Assembly: GCA_963722665.1 (NCBI GenBank) | Contig: CAVRNW010000010.1 | Span: 5,761 to 69,760 of the forward strand | Direction of reading: 5' to 3' | DNA: 64,000 nucleotides | Source of the DNA: an uncultured Flavobacteriaceae bacterium | GTDB lineage: Bacteria > Bacteroidota > Bacteroidia > Flavobacteriales > Flavobacteriaceae | Shown: one piece after another, positions 1-11,163 of the stretch | How the letters are laid out: each line of letters begins with the position of its first letter | Position numbering within the stretch: the stretch's first letter is position 1 | The notes under the pieces: generated by a model | Told to the model about the DNA's origin: nothing | Databases searched by the model: none | What the model saw: the letters and a program-made list of their open reading frames with translations, nothing else | Program-made: the position numbers and the translations under genes

Positions 1-1
1 T

Positions 2-439
2 CTAGAGGAAAATGGACAGGATAGTTTACCGAAAACTTTTTATGAGACCTTTAAAAGAGATCCAATGCTAGTATTAAAAATGTTTGCGTATAATTTTATT
101 TTTACTGTATTAAGACTGTTTAGGTTTTGGGGGTTTTTAAGTTTTTTATTAATTATTCCTTGGTTAAACCTTAAAAAATTGAAGCAAGGGATTTTTAATA
201 AAGAGAATTTAGCATCAAATCTATTTATAGGTTATATGCTAATACTGTCATTCGTTTGTTTTACTTTTATTGAATTTAGATGGTTTATTGGTTACGAAAT
301 ATTGATACCAATATCAGTATTAAGTGTAATACAACGGCATTCATTTTTTACTAAAGAGGAAATTAAGAATAGTTTATTTTCATTATCGTTAATTTGTATA
401 ACACTATTTAATTTAAGAAGTATAATAAACCTGCTATAA
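2..439 (+). CDS. C-terminal fragment of a multi-pass membrane protein at the head of the polysaccharide locus (possibly a Wzx-type flippase; 5' end lies outside the window)
   Basis: Frame 2 is open from the window edge to the stop at 437-439. The product is hydrophobic with TM-like segments (FIFTVLRLFRFWGFLSFLLIIPW, FIGYMLILSFVCFTFIEF). It sits directly upstream of glycosyltransferase genes on the same strand. Confidence 0.35.
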   Translation, partial: LEENGQDSLPKTFYETFKRDPMLVLKMFAYNFIFTVLRLFRFWGFLSFLLIIPWLNLKKLKQGIFNKENLASNLFIGYMLILSFVCFTFIEFRWFIGYEILIPISVLSVIQRHSFFTKEEIKNSLFSLSLICITLFNLRSIINLL

Positions 440-447
440 TAGGATTA

Positions 448-1606
448 TGAGCACTTGCATATTAAAAATTGGTTTTATAACATCAGAATATCCTCATCCA
501 AAGTTAAACATGCTGCTGGAATAGCAACAAGTATAAAAAATTTGGCAGTATCTCTTGTTAAAAAAAATGTTAAAGTGATTGTTTTTGTTTATCATCAAGA
601 ACTAAATGAAATTGTTGAATGCTGATGGAGTAGAAATTCATCTTATTAAATCGAAAACATTATTCATTTTTTGGATGGTATTTTTACCGAAAACATATTC
701 AAAATTATGTAAATTCCATTGTAAAAAAAGAAGGAATTAATATTCTTGAAGCACCAGACTGGACTGGTATAACAGCCTTTATGAGATTTAATGTACCTTT
801 AATTATTAGGTTTCATGGTAGTGATGCCTATTTTTGTAAATTGGATGGTAGAAAGCAAAAATTTAAAAATAAATGGTTTGAAAATATTGCTTTAAAAGGA
901 GCAACAGCATATATTGCTCCAACGTCATTTGCTGGAGAAGAAACAGCTAAAATCTTTAATCTGGACAGAAAAAAAATTAAAACTATACATTATGGTTTAC
1001 AGATTGAGAATTTTAATAACAAAACACCAGAAAAATTTAATGAGAATACAATTCTTTATATTGGTACTATAATAAGAAAGAAAGGTGTATTTGAATTGGC
1101 TCAGATATTCAATAAAGTGATTGAAAATATTCCAGAAGCAAAATTAATTCTTATTGGTAGTGATTCACCAGATCTAAAAACAGGTTCAAATTCAACTTAT
1201 AAATTAGTTGAAAAACTATTTTCTGATAAAGCTTTAAAACAAGTAAATTATTTAGGAAAAATACCATATAGTGAGGTCATGCAGCATATTAAAGATGCTC
1301 ATGTTTGCACTTTTCCTTCTTTTGCAGAAACTTTAGGTATGGTAACCATAGAATCCATGGCATTACAAAAGCCTGTAGTTAATACAAACATTGGTTGGGC
1401 TCAGGAGTTAATTGATGATGGTGAAAATGGCTTTTTAGTTTATCCAGGTGATATTGATCGTTATGCTGATGAAGATTACTACGCTTTTAAATGACAAGGC
1501 TTTATGCCTTAAGATTGGTAGTTCTGCTCGATTAAAAATTGAATCTACTTTCAATATTGATAAGATTGCAGATATAAATATTGAGTATTATAAAACTTTT
1601 ATTTAA
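448..1606 (+). pseudogene. GT4-family glycosyltransferase, interrupted by about 4 frameshifts as sequenced
   Basis: The N-terminus IGFITSEYPHPK..HAAGIATSIKNLAVSLVKKNVKVIVFVY is typical of GT4. The C-terminal half (ORF 781-1494) has FPSFAETLGMVTIESMALQKPVVNTNIGWAQELIDDGENGFLV, an E-x7-E-type GT4 motif. Frames change near 500, 620, 665 and 1470, and the tail LLNDKALCLKIGSSARLKIESTFNIDKIADINIEYYKTFI reads in another frame to the stop at 1604-1606. Confidence 0.65.
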
Positions 1607-3141
1607 TGATATATCTGATTCATGAAAATAATAAGGTATTAGAAGTACTCGATAATGAGTTAAAACCAATTTCGTTCAGTTTAAATTATTCAATAACCAA
1701 TACATTATTTAAATTGGCGAAACAATTTCCCAATGAACTCTTGATATGGTGTCAAAGTGAATATAAACATTCAATAAATAAAGAGAGCACTTAATAAAAT
1801 ATTTCATCATGAAGCTATAATGGCTTCATATTCAATAAGTGATAACAATTATTTACCTGACCAAATTGGTTATGTTGATCAATCCATCTACATAAAAGTA
1901 AATAAAGAAGTAACGTATCCAACTTGGTTGATGAGTAGCGATATTGGAGGCATTCATTCCAGAGTTTTGAACAAGGTTTTGTTTGGAATTAACAAAGACA
2001 GGAATTTTGATTATTTTTTGAATTCCCTTGCTAAACTTGCCATGCCTCAAGGATTATTTTGCTATTCGGAACCAAAGTTACTTCTTAACTTGGAAGGATC
2101 AATAAAAAAAAATCAAGCATCCACATTTCAATTATTTAAATTTGTTAAACAACATTATAAATGGTTGGTTATTTTTTTTATTCTTTTGCTATTATTTATG
2201 ATCGAAAATTTTCATATTTCCATTATTAAATTCTTTAAGATTTCGTAAAAAGAAATATGAATATGATTTTAATCAACTACAAATAAAATCATCCAGAAAA
2301 TTAGTTATTAAAAAGGATGTAGATGTTATTATTCCTACAATAGGAAGAAAAAGATATTTGTACGATGTTTTAAAGGATCTGTCAAACCAAACTGTTTTAC
2401 CAAAAAATGTTATTATTATTGAACAAAATTCTGATCCCAATTCGGTATCGGAATTAGATTATATTTATAAGTGACAAGTGGCCTTTTAAAATTAAACACA
2501 AATTTATTCAACAGAACAGGAGTTTGTAATGCAAGAAATTTAGCATTAAAGTTGTTGAAAGTGAATGGGTATTTTTAGGTGATGATGATAAAAGATTCAA
2601 TGACCATTTAATAGAAGATGTACTAAAAAGTATGAAAAGTATGGAGTTAAGGCTATAAATACAATTTGTTTACAACCTGATGAAAAGCAAACCTATTTTA
2701 AAACTTCACAAACACCTATTTTTGGTTCTGGAAATAGTTTTGTAAAATCTGAAATATTATCAAAATTAGTTTTGATATGAGTTTGAATTTGGATATGGTG
2801 AAGATTCTGATTTTGGAATGCAAATTCGAAATATTGGAGAGGATGTTGTTTTTATTTCCAATATATTAATTACGCATTTAAAAGCACCAATTGGTGGATA
2901 TAGAATTAAAATAAAAATATGGGATGATGAAAGATACAAACCAAAACCATCCCAACTATTATGTTATTTAATCAAAAATATTAACGAAGCACCAAATATT
3001 GGGTTATAAACTGTTATTGTTTTTAAATTTTATAAAAAGCAATCTATTAAAAATCCTTTTCATTATATTTCTGAAATGAAGAAGCGATGGAATTCAAGCA
3101 TTTATTGGAGTAAACAATTAGGACCTAAGAAAAATGCTTAA
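1606..3141 (+). pseudogene. Two-domain glycosyltransferase (uncharacterised N-terminal domain plus GT2 domain), heavily frameshifted (at least 8 frame changes)
   Basis: GT2 hallmarks are recovered by frame-hopping: DVDVIIPTIGRKRYLYDVLKDLSNQTVLPKNVIIIEQNSDP, TGVCNARNLALK, ESEWVFLGDDD and FGYGEDSDFGMQIRNIGEDVVF. ORFs 1606-1794 and 1820-2248 join through a frameshift near 1785. Confidence 0.5.
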
Positions 3142-4176
3142 AATTTATACAAATATCAAATTACTGAATGAAGAAAATAGATCTTAAGTATTTCCTTTAC
3201 TTTTTGATCTTTATTTTTCAAAAAGCTCAGTTTTAAACCAGTATCTACAGTTTATCTGATAATATGGAGGAATTCAGATATCATAATTTTGCCATTGGAA
3301 TATGCATTTATGTATAAAAATTATAAAAAATATTTAAATCAATTTTTTATAAACTGCAAATGAATTTAAAAAACTAATTTGGATTTATTCAGGAGGAGAT
3401 TTTGGTAATAGTTTAAATGATGATAATATTTATAATTTTAGATTAGGTGGATTTAAAAGCAAGTTAAATGAGACATACAATAATTTTACCTTCTTTTGTA
3501 TCAGATCCATATAATAAACATTTAAAAGGAAACTTTGAGCCTTTAAAAAAAGAACCAATTCCAAAAATAGGTTTTGTAGGACATGCGAAGGGAGGTCTCT
3601 TAAAATTTATTAAGGAACTCTTGATTTTTTTTAGCATTAACATTAAAACGATTGTGTAAATATTGAATATGCCGATTATCAACCTTTTTATCCATCAAGC
3701 ATAAAACGTGCAAAATATCTTAAATATTTACAATCAATATTCAGAAATACAAACAAATTTTATTTTTAGAGATAAATATAGAGCTGGAATAAAGGCTAGA
3801 AGAAGATAAAGCAGATACTACAAAAGAGTTTTTTAAAAATATATATGAAAATCCATATACGTTTTGCATGAGAGGAGGAGGAAATTTTTCAGTAAGATTT
3901 TATGAAACATTAGCTGTTGGTCGAATACCTGTTTTATTGAATACTGATTGTCTTTTACCTTTGGATAAATTAATAAATTGGCAGGAACATTGTGTGATTT
4001 TAGATGAATCTGAGTATAGATCATTAGGAAATAAAATTATGAAATTTCATAATGATTTAAGTGATGAGGAATTTGTTGAATTACAAAAAAGAAATAGAAA
4101 ATTATGGGAAGATTTTTTAACCAGACATTCATTTTTTAAAATTATTCATGACCTTTTTGTAGCTAAACTTAATTAA
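3134..4176 (+). pseudogene. Exostosin-like (GT47-type) glycosyltransferase, multiple frameshifts
   Basis: The C-terminal ORF 3868-4176 contains FCMRGGGNFSVRFYETLAVGRIPVLLNTDCLLPLDKLINWQEHCVIL, which matches the exostosin-family C-terminal motif (R..E.L..G.IPV.., LP.. W..). The upstream part (ATG at 3134) exists only as short ORF pieces in all three frames. Confidence 0.45.
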
Positions 4177-4177
4177 A

Positions 4178-5177
4178 ATGAAACAAAATTTTCATTAATT
4201 ATTTGCACATATAAAAGACCAAAACCTATTATTGAACTTTTAAATTCAGTTAAAACACAAACACTTTATCCTAATGAAATATTAATAATTGATGGATCAC
4301 CAGATAATAAAACACAAAAGATTATTAGGACAAAAATATTTTTAAGAATTTAAAATATTATAAAGTTGATATTGATAATCGAGGACTAACTAAACAAAGA
4401 AATTATGGAATAAATTTAGTTGATGAAAAATCTGATATCATATGTTTTTTAGATGATGATACAGTACTTGAAAAAAGTTATTTTAAGGAACTAATTTCAA
4501 CTTATGATACTCATAAAGATGCAATCGCAGTTGGTGGCTATATAATTAATGAAGCAGAATGGACTAAAGAGGAGACTAAGAGAACCTCGACTAAATTTTG
4601 TTTTGATGGGTGGACTCGCAGTGAACCATTAAGATTTAGGGTTAGAAAATTGTTTGGTTTACAACCTGATGTGAAGCCAGGCTTTTTACCCAACTTTTCT
4701 CATGGAAGATCCATTGGGTTTTTACCGCCATCAGGAAAAACTTATCTTGTTGAACAAATTATGGGAGGTGTGTCATCTTATAAAAAGGAAATATTTAATA
4801 AAATAAGATTTTCAAATTATTTTGAAGGCTATGGTTTGTATGAAGATGCAGATTTCTCCTTGAGGTTAGCAAAAATAGGAAAATTATATATTAATACAAA
4901 TGCAAAGTTATATCATTATCATGATGATTCAGGAAGACCAAACAAATTTAAATATGGTAAAATGGTAGTAAGAAACGGTTGGTATGTTTGGCGAGTTAAA
5001 TATCCAAAACCGGGTTTGAAGGCTAGATTTAAATGGAATGCTACATCTTTACTATTGACTATAATCAGATTTTCAAATGTGATCAATACAAGGCAAAGAC
5101 AAGAAGCATTAACAGAGAGTTTTGGTAGAGTAGTAGGATGGTTTAGTTTATTAATTAATAAACCGAAATTAAATTAA
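4178..5177 (+). pseudogene. GT2-family glycosyltransferase, about 2 frameshifts near the 5' end
   Basis: FSLIICTYKRPKPIIELLNSVKTQTLYPNEILIIDGSPDNKTQ, then RGLTKQRNYGINLVDEKSDIICFLDDDTVL (DxD) and YEDADFSLRLAK. Frame changes lie near 4190 and 4340, and the remainder is open to 5177. Confidence 0.65.
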
Positions 5178-6296
5178 TGAAATTTTTAATCATTACACAT
5201 GTTAAGCATAGTAAGCAAAACAATCAATATTTTGCTTATGCACCTTATGTTAAGAGAAATGAACATTTGGTTGAAATATGTTGATGAAGTTGAGATAGTT
5301 GCACCCTAGTTCAACTATGAAATATCCAATATTGATCTGGATTACAGACATCTAAATTAAATTTTAATAAAATTCCTGAAATTGAATTTACATCCATTAA
5401 AAAATTGCATCTTATCACTGATAAAAATACCAATTATTATAATTACAATTTTTAAATCTTGTAAAAAAGCAGATCATATTCATTTAAGATGTCCGGGAAA
5501 TATTGGATTATTAGGATGTTTCGTTCAAATCTTTTTTCCAAAAAAGATAAAAACAGCAAAATATGCAGGAAACTGGGATCCACAAAGCAAACAACCAGTT
5601 AGTTATAAAATTCAAAAGTTTCTTTTAAAGAATACTATTTTAACTAAAAATATGCAAACATTGGTCTATGGAAAATGGAAAAATCAATCTAAAAATATTA
5701 AACCTTTTTTTACGGCCTCATTTAGTGATTCAGAAATAGAACCTCTTATTAAAAAGAAATTATAAAGGTTCTTACAGATTTATTTTTATTGGGACATTAG
5801 TAACCGGAAAAAGACCATTAATGTCTATTAAAATAATAGAATCTTTATTAAAACATAATATCAATTGTCGAATTGGATATATTTGGTGAAGGAATTCTTA
5901 AACAATCACTTCAGGAATATATTAAAGAGAATAACTTGAAATCAAATATAGAATTGCATGGTAATGTTGACAAAGAAAAATTAAAATCAGCTTTAAAAAA
6001 ATCAGATTTTTTGTTACTGCCATCAAAATCTGAAGGTTGGCCGAAAGCCGTTGCTGAAGCCATGTTTTTTGGAGTTATACCTATTACAACTAATATTTCA
6101 TGTTTAAGTTGGATGCTTGACGAAGGGACGACGGGGAATATTAATTGAAGAAGATCTAGATAAGGCAGTAAACAAAATAAAAGATAGTATTAAAAATGAT
6201 AATTTGTTAGCCATGTCAATTGCATCTCAACAATGGTCACAAAAATATACCTTGGAAAAATTTGAATCAGAAATTAAAAAATTACTAATTCAGAGC
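5178..6296 (+). pseudogene. GT4-like glycosyltransferase, about 6 frameshifts; no stop codon before the next gene in the final frame
   Basis: MKFLIITHVKHSKQNNQYFAYAPYV.. at the N-terminus, and C-terminal pieces LLLPSKSEGWPKAVAEAMFFGVIPITTNISCLSWMLDEG (GT4 E-x7-E region). The fragments lie in three frames (ORFs 5382-5765, 5873-6148, 6117-). Confidence 0.55.
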
Positions 6297-7295
6297 ATGA
6301 GAGTTTTACAACTAATAGATTCATTACATCCTGGAGGAGCAGAACGGGTTTCGGTAAATATTGCTAACGCCTTATCAGTAAAAATTGATAAATCATTTTT
6401 ATGTGCAACACGGGCGGAAGGAGTACTAAAATCAAGTCTAGATCCGGAAGTAGGGTATTTGTTTCTAAAGAAGAAGATGGTATTGGATATAAAGGCAATC
6501 AATCGATTAAGTAAATTTGTAAAAAATCAAAATATAGACATAATTCATGCTCATTCAACGTCCTTTTTTTTGGCTGTAATAATAAAACTCTTAAATCGCA
6601 ATATAAAACTTGTATGGCATGATCATTATGGTAACAGTGAGTTTTTAGAGGGAAGGAAATCATTGGTTTTAAAAATTTGTGCTAAATATTTTGACTATGT
6701 TTTATGTGTCAATAAAAATTTGGAAACCTGGGCAAGGAATTATTTAAAAATAAATAAGGTAAGTTACCTACCTAATTTTGCCGTGGAAAATAAAGTTAGT
6801 CCCCAGACAAAATTAAAAGGTAGTGCTGGAAAGAGGATTGTTTGCTTAGCCAATTTAAGGCCCCAGAAAGATCATATTACATTGATCAAGGCTTTTAAAA
6901 ATGTTGTTAAGGAATATCCGGAATGGACTTTACATTTAGTTGGCAAGGATTTTAAGGATGAGTACTCGTTTAAAGTCAAAAATGAAATTGAATTGAATAA
7001 TTTGAGCAAACATATTTTTCTATATGGTAGTAAGCCCGATATCTCCTATATTTTGGCTCAATGTGAAATAGGTTTGTTATCTTCAAAGTCAGAAGGTTTA
7101 CCAATCGCTTTACTTGAATATGGAATGGCTAAATTAGCTGTGATAGCAACAAATGTAGGAGAATGTGAATCGGTAATAAAAAGTAGGGAAAATGGGATTT
7201 TGGTGAAACCAAATGACACAAATGAACTCTTTGAGGCAATAAAATATTTGATTGAACATGAAAGAGAGCGGAATCAAAAATCTAATGTTATTTAA
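6297..7295 (+). CDS. GT4-family glycosyltransferase (the only uninterrupted gene in the locus)
   Basis: MRVLQLIDSLHPGGAERVSVNIANAL at the N-terminus, and LLSSKSEGLPIALLEYGMAKLAVIATNVGECESVIKSRENGILV in the C-terminal domain. The internal ATG at 6297 lies within ORF 6117-7295. Confidence 0.8.
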   Translation: MRVLQLIDSLHPGGAERVSVNIANALSVKIDKSFLCATRAEGVLKSSLDPEVGYLFLKKKMVLDIKAINRLSKFVKNQNIDIIHAHSTSFFLAVIIKLLNRNIKLVWHDHYGNSEFLEGRKSLVLKICAKYFDYVLCVNKNLETWARNYLKINKVSYLPNFAVENKVSPQTKLKGSAGKRIVCLANLRPQKDHITLIKAFKNVVKEYPEWTLHLVGKDFKDEYSFKVKNEIELNNLSKHIFLYGSKPDISYILAQCEIGLLSSKSEGLPIALLEYGMAKLAVIATNVGECESVIKSRENGILVKPNDTNELFEAIKYLIEHERERNQKSNVI

Positions 7296-7371
7296 TTTAA
7301 GAGTTATGAATGAATTTTCAGAAAAAGTTGTTATAAATTCAATTTTAAATATTTATAACAATATTTCTTAG

Positions 7372-8739
7372 GTGTTATTTAATAATAAATATATCAGGTT
7401 AATAGGGTTACATGTTCTTATTGCTATTATGGTTTTTGGCTTTAGATTTTTGTCAAAAGTCTATTTTATTGTTCTCTTGGTTTATTTTATTTATGTTATA
7501 ATTAATGCGAATCAGAAAACAAGAGGTGTTCAAGTATTAATTGCCTGTGCATATATAGTAGGATGTGAAGTATTTTTAAGAATGACAGGTGGAAATATTG
7601 GCTATGAGGTTGCGAAATATTTGGTTATTGTTTTTGTATTTATTGGTATGCTATTCGATGGAATAAATAGCAGATCTTTCCCTTATTTTATTTTCCTCTT
7701 CCTTCTTTTTCCGGCAATTTTTGTTACTGGAGCAACTGCAACTTTCGATACGAATATAAGAACAGCAGTTATGTTTAATTTGAGTGGACCATTTTGTCTG
7801 GCTGGCGGTTTCTTTATATTGCTATGACAAAAAAATTAACTTTAAGGATCTACAGAATATATTGCTTGCAGCTTTATTACCAATAATATCTACAACAGTA
7901 TATTTATTTTTGTTTACTCCTAATATAAGAGATGTTGTAACAGGAACCTTTTCTAATTATCAAACATCAGGGGGTTTTGGTCCTAATCAGGTTGCAACAG
8001 ATATTGGGTTTGGGAATGTTTATTGTAGCTTCCAGATATTTTTTGGTTTCTCAAACATTAAATATGAAAATAATTAAATCTTTTTATTCTAGGTGTAATT
8101 TCTTATCGAGGATTGGTTACATTTAGTCGTGGTGGAATTTATACAGCTGTTATTATTATTATTGCATTTATTGCTATTTATTATAATAGTTCAAAAAGAG
8201 CAGGTAAACAAAGAATAATAGGCTCTCTTTCATTTTTTATTGGGCTTGTTATTTTAACATGGGTATTTAGTTCGATTCAAACAGGTGGGTTAATAGAAAA
8301 AAGATATGCTAATCAGGATGCGGCAGGAAGGGAAAAAGAAGAAATTGCAACTGGAAGAGCAAAACTCATTTCGTTTGAATTGGATGAATTTATTAGCAAT
8401 CCCTTTTTAGGTGTAGGCGCGGGAAAAATTAAGGAACTTCGTTTTGAAAAAGAAGGTCGTGCCGCTGCATCACATAATGAAATATCTAGGATTTTGGGGG
8501 AACATGGGATGTTGGGCATAATTGCATTTCTCATAATTTTCTTTGTACCATTATTCTACAGGATGCGAAATAGGAAAAATATATTTTTCTATTCATTTTA
8601 CTTATTTTGGTTTTTAACGGTTAACCATTCCTCCATGCGAATTGCAGCTCCTGCATTTATTTACGGATTAAGTTTATTAAATATCTCATATGAAAAACCT
8701 ACTGTACATAGGAAACAAGTTAGATCACGAAAGTTCTAA
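7372..8739 (+). pseudogene. O-antigen ligase / Wzy-type polymerase family membrane protein, 2 frameshifts
   Basis: Three consecutive hydrophobic ORFs (7372-7827, 7784-8077, 8113-8739). The last carries the Wzy_C-like motif AASHNEISRILGEHGMLGIIAFLIIFF. There are many TM segments. Confidence 0.6.
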
Positions 8740-9701
8740 TATCACCACAATTGATACTTTAGGGAAGCATTTAAAAGATGAAGGTTATCATATAATCTTT
8801 TCATCCACAAAGATCAATAAGGCATTTAGGCTTTTTGATATGATCTATACTCTTATTAAAAATAAGAAACGAATAGATATTGTGTTAATCGATACCTACA
8901 GCACACAAAATTTTTATTATGCTTTGATCACTAGTCAACTTTGCAGACTATTCAAGATAAAATATATACCAATTTTACATGGAGGTGATTTACCGAAAAG
9001 ATTAAAAAATAATCCTAAATTTTGCAATTACATTTTTAAGTACTCGAATGTAAATGTTTCACCTTCCTTATATTTAAAACAGATCTTTAACGATTATGGA
9101 TTTGAAAATATAAAATATATACCTAATTCTATTGAAATCAAGAATTATCCTTTTACAACTAAAGACAATTACAAAACCTAAATTATTTTGGCTTCGTTCC
9201 TTTAAAGACATATATAATCCTTTAATGGCTATCCATGTGACAAAAAAATTAATTGATACAGGAATTGATTGTGAATTATGCATGGTAGGACCGGATGGAG
9301 ATGGGTCTTATCTTTATGCTCAAAATTTAGCAAGAGAATTAAATATCAATGTTAATTTTAAGTTGAAAATGGAGAAAAAGGATTGGATTGAATTATCCAA
9401 AGACTATAATATTTTTTTGAACACTACAAATTTTGATAATATGCCGGTAAGCATAATTGAGGCCATGGCATTGGGATTTCCAATTGTATCTACTAATGCG
9501 GGTGGAATGATTAATTTAATAAGTAATGGTAAGGATGGATTACTAGTCGATAAAAATGATGTTGATGGAATGACAAATCAGATTATTAAATTAAATTCAG
9601 ATCCTAAATTGGTAAGGGAATTATCAAGAAATGCACGTTTAAAAGCTGAACAATTTGATTGGGAAGTTGTCAAATTAGAATGGAATAAGATTCTAAATTA
9701 G
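8690..9701 (+). CDS. GT4-family glycosyltransferase (interrupted by one frameshift near 9150 in this sequence)
   Basis: ORFs 8690-9181 and 9132-9701 are contiguous parts. The C-terminal part reads NTTNFDNMPVSIIEAMALGFPIVSTNAGGMINLISNGKDGLLV. Confidence 0.65.
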
Positions 9702-9765
9702 CCCGGAATATAATAATTGTTTTCTGTTTTAGGTTTATTATCTTTACAGCTCGCTAAAAACAATT

Positions 9766-11162
9766 ATGTCAAACAGAAATACTATACATTTTGAAATTTC
9801 TGAACGTAAAATTCTGTTACGGATTTTTGATATTGTTTTTGTTTTATCTAGTCTATATCTTATTGGTAATTTATTTGATTTTGATTATTTCAGTATTAAC
9901 TAGCTGAAAATTGGACATGGACCTTGGTCTTAGTTGTTTATATATCGGTTTTTGGAACTATTTTTGAACTTTATGATCTGCAAAAAGCGAGCAAACTTGA
10001 AATTATTATAAGCAATATTGTTCTCACGTCTTCGGTTACAGTCTTATTTTATTTATTAACACCTTTTTTCACACCAACTTTACCAGATAATCGTTTACAA
10101 ATAATATATTTCTATCTGGCCTTTGTCATTTCTTTAGTTATTTGGAGATGGGCTTATGTTTCATTAATTTCTTCTCCAAGATTTTATAAAAAAGTTTTAT
10201 TGGTTGGTGAGATATCCAATATTGAACCGATTGTAAAATCTCTTAAGGAGTCAGATCCTAATTATAAGATCATAGGATTTATTAATTGCGAAGAAGAAAA
10301 TGTGGACAAATTAAAATTTAGGGGATTAAAGGAGTATAAACCCCAAGATTTCATGCAAATCATAAAAAAGCAGAAAGTATCTGAAATCGTTGTAGCAAGC
10401 TATAATTCAGAAACCATAACTCCGGATATCTATAACGATTTAATCACATTGCTTGAAAGAGGATTTACAATCAGAGAATATACTCAGGTATATGAAGAAC
10501 TTAATTATAGAGTTCCGGTTCAGTTTGTAGGTAAAGATTTTTATAAATATTTTCCGTTTAGCAGAAGTAATCAGAATAGACTGTATTTATTGTACAGAAG
10601 AATATCTGATATAGTCTTTTCAATTCTAGGCCTATTTGTTGGGATTATTTTATTGCCAATTATTTTAATAGGAAACTTGATTGCTAATAAAGGTCCATTA
10701 TTTTATACACAGGAACGCATAGGTAAGAATGGGAGTCCGTTTGTTATTATGAAATTCAGGACCATGATCAGAAATGCCGAAAAAGATGGTGTGAAATGGG
10801 CTCAAAAAAATGATGTGCGTGTAACTAAATTTGGTAAATTTTTGCGAAATTCAAGAATTGATGAAATACCTCAGTTTATAAATGTTTTAAAGGGAGAAAT
10901 GAGTTTAATAGGCCCCAGACCAGAGAGGCCATTTTTTGTGCAAGAACTTTCGCAGATCATTCCCTTTTATGAAACAAGACATATAATAAAACCTGGATTG
11001 ACAGGATGGGCACAGGTAAATTCAAGGTATGGTTCTACAATTGATGATAGCCTAATTAAATTACAATATGATTTATATTATATTAAACACAGAAGTCTAT
11101 TTCTGGATGTAAATATTATTATAAAGACCCTCAGTACAATTATCTTTTTTAGAGGTCGATAA
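9766..11162 (+). CDS. Initiating sugar transferase (polyprenyl glycosyl-phosphotransferase, WbaP/EpsB-like); one frameshift near 9895 in the N-terminal TM region
   Basis: The C-terminal bacterial sugar-transferase domain reads GPLFYTQERIGKNGSPFVIMKFRTM..DEIPQFINVLKGEMSLIGPRPERP..KPGLTGWAQV. The ATG at 9766 opens an ORF that stops at 9901, and the frame resumes at 9900. Confidence 0.8.
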
Positions 11163-11163
11163 A

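Noticed and set aside
1-11162. Phase variation by slipped-strand mispairing, or programmed ribosomal frameshifting, as the explanation for the frame changes.
   Set aside because: The shift sites are numerous and are not associated with long homopolymer or short-tandem-repeat tracts; the lptB site is CTTCTTGTCAGG. There are no slippery heptamers with downstream structures, and many genes carry several shifts each.
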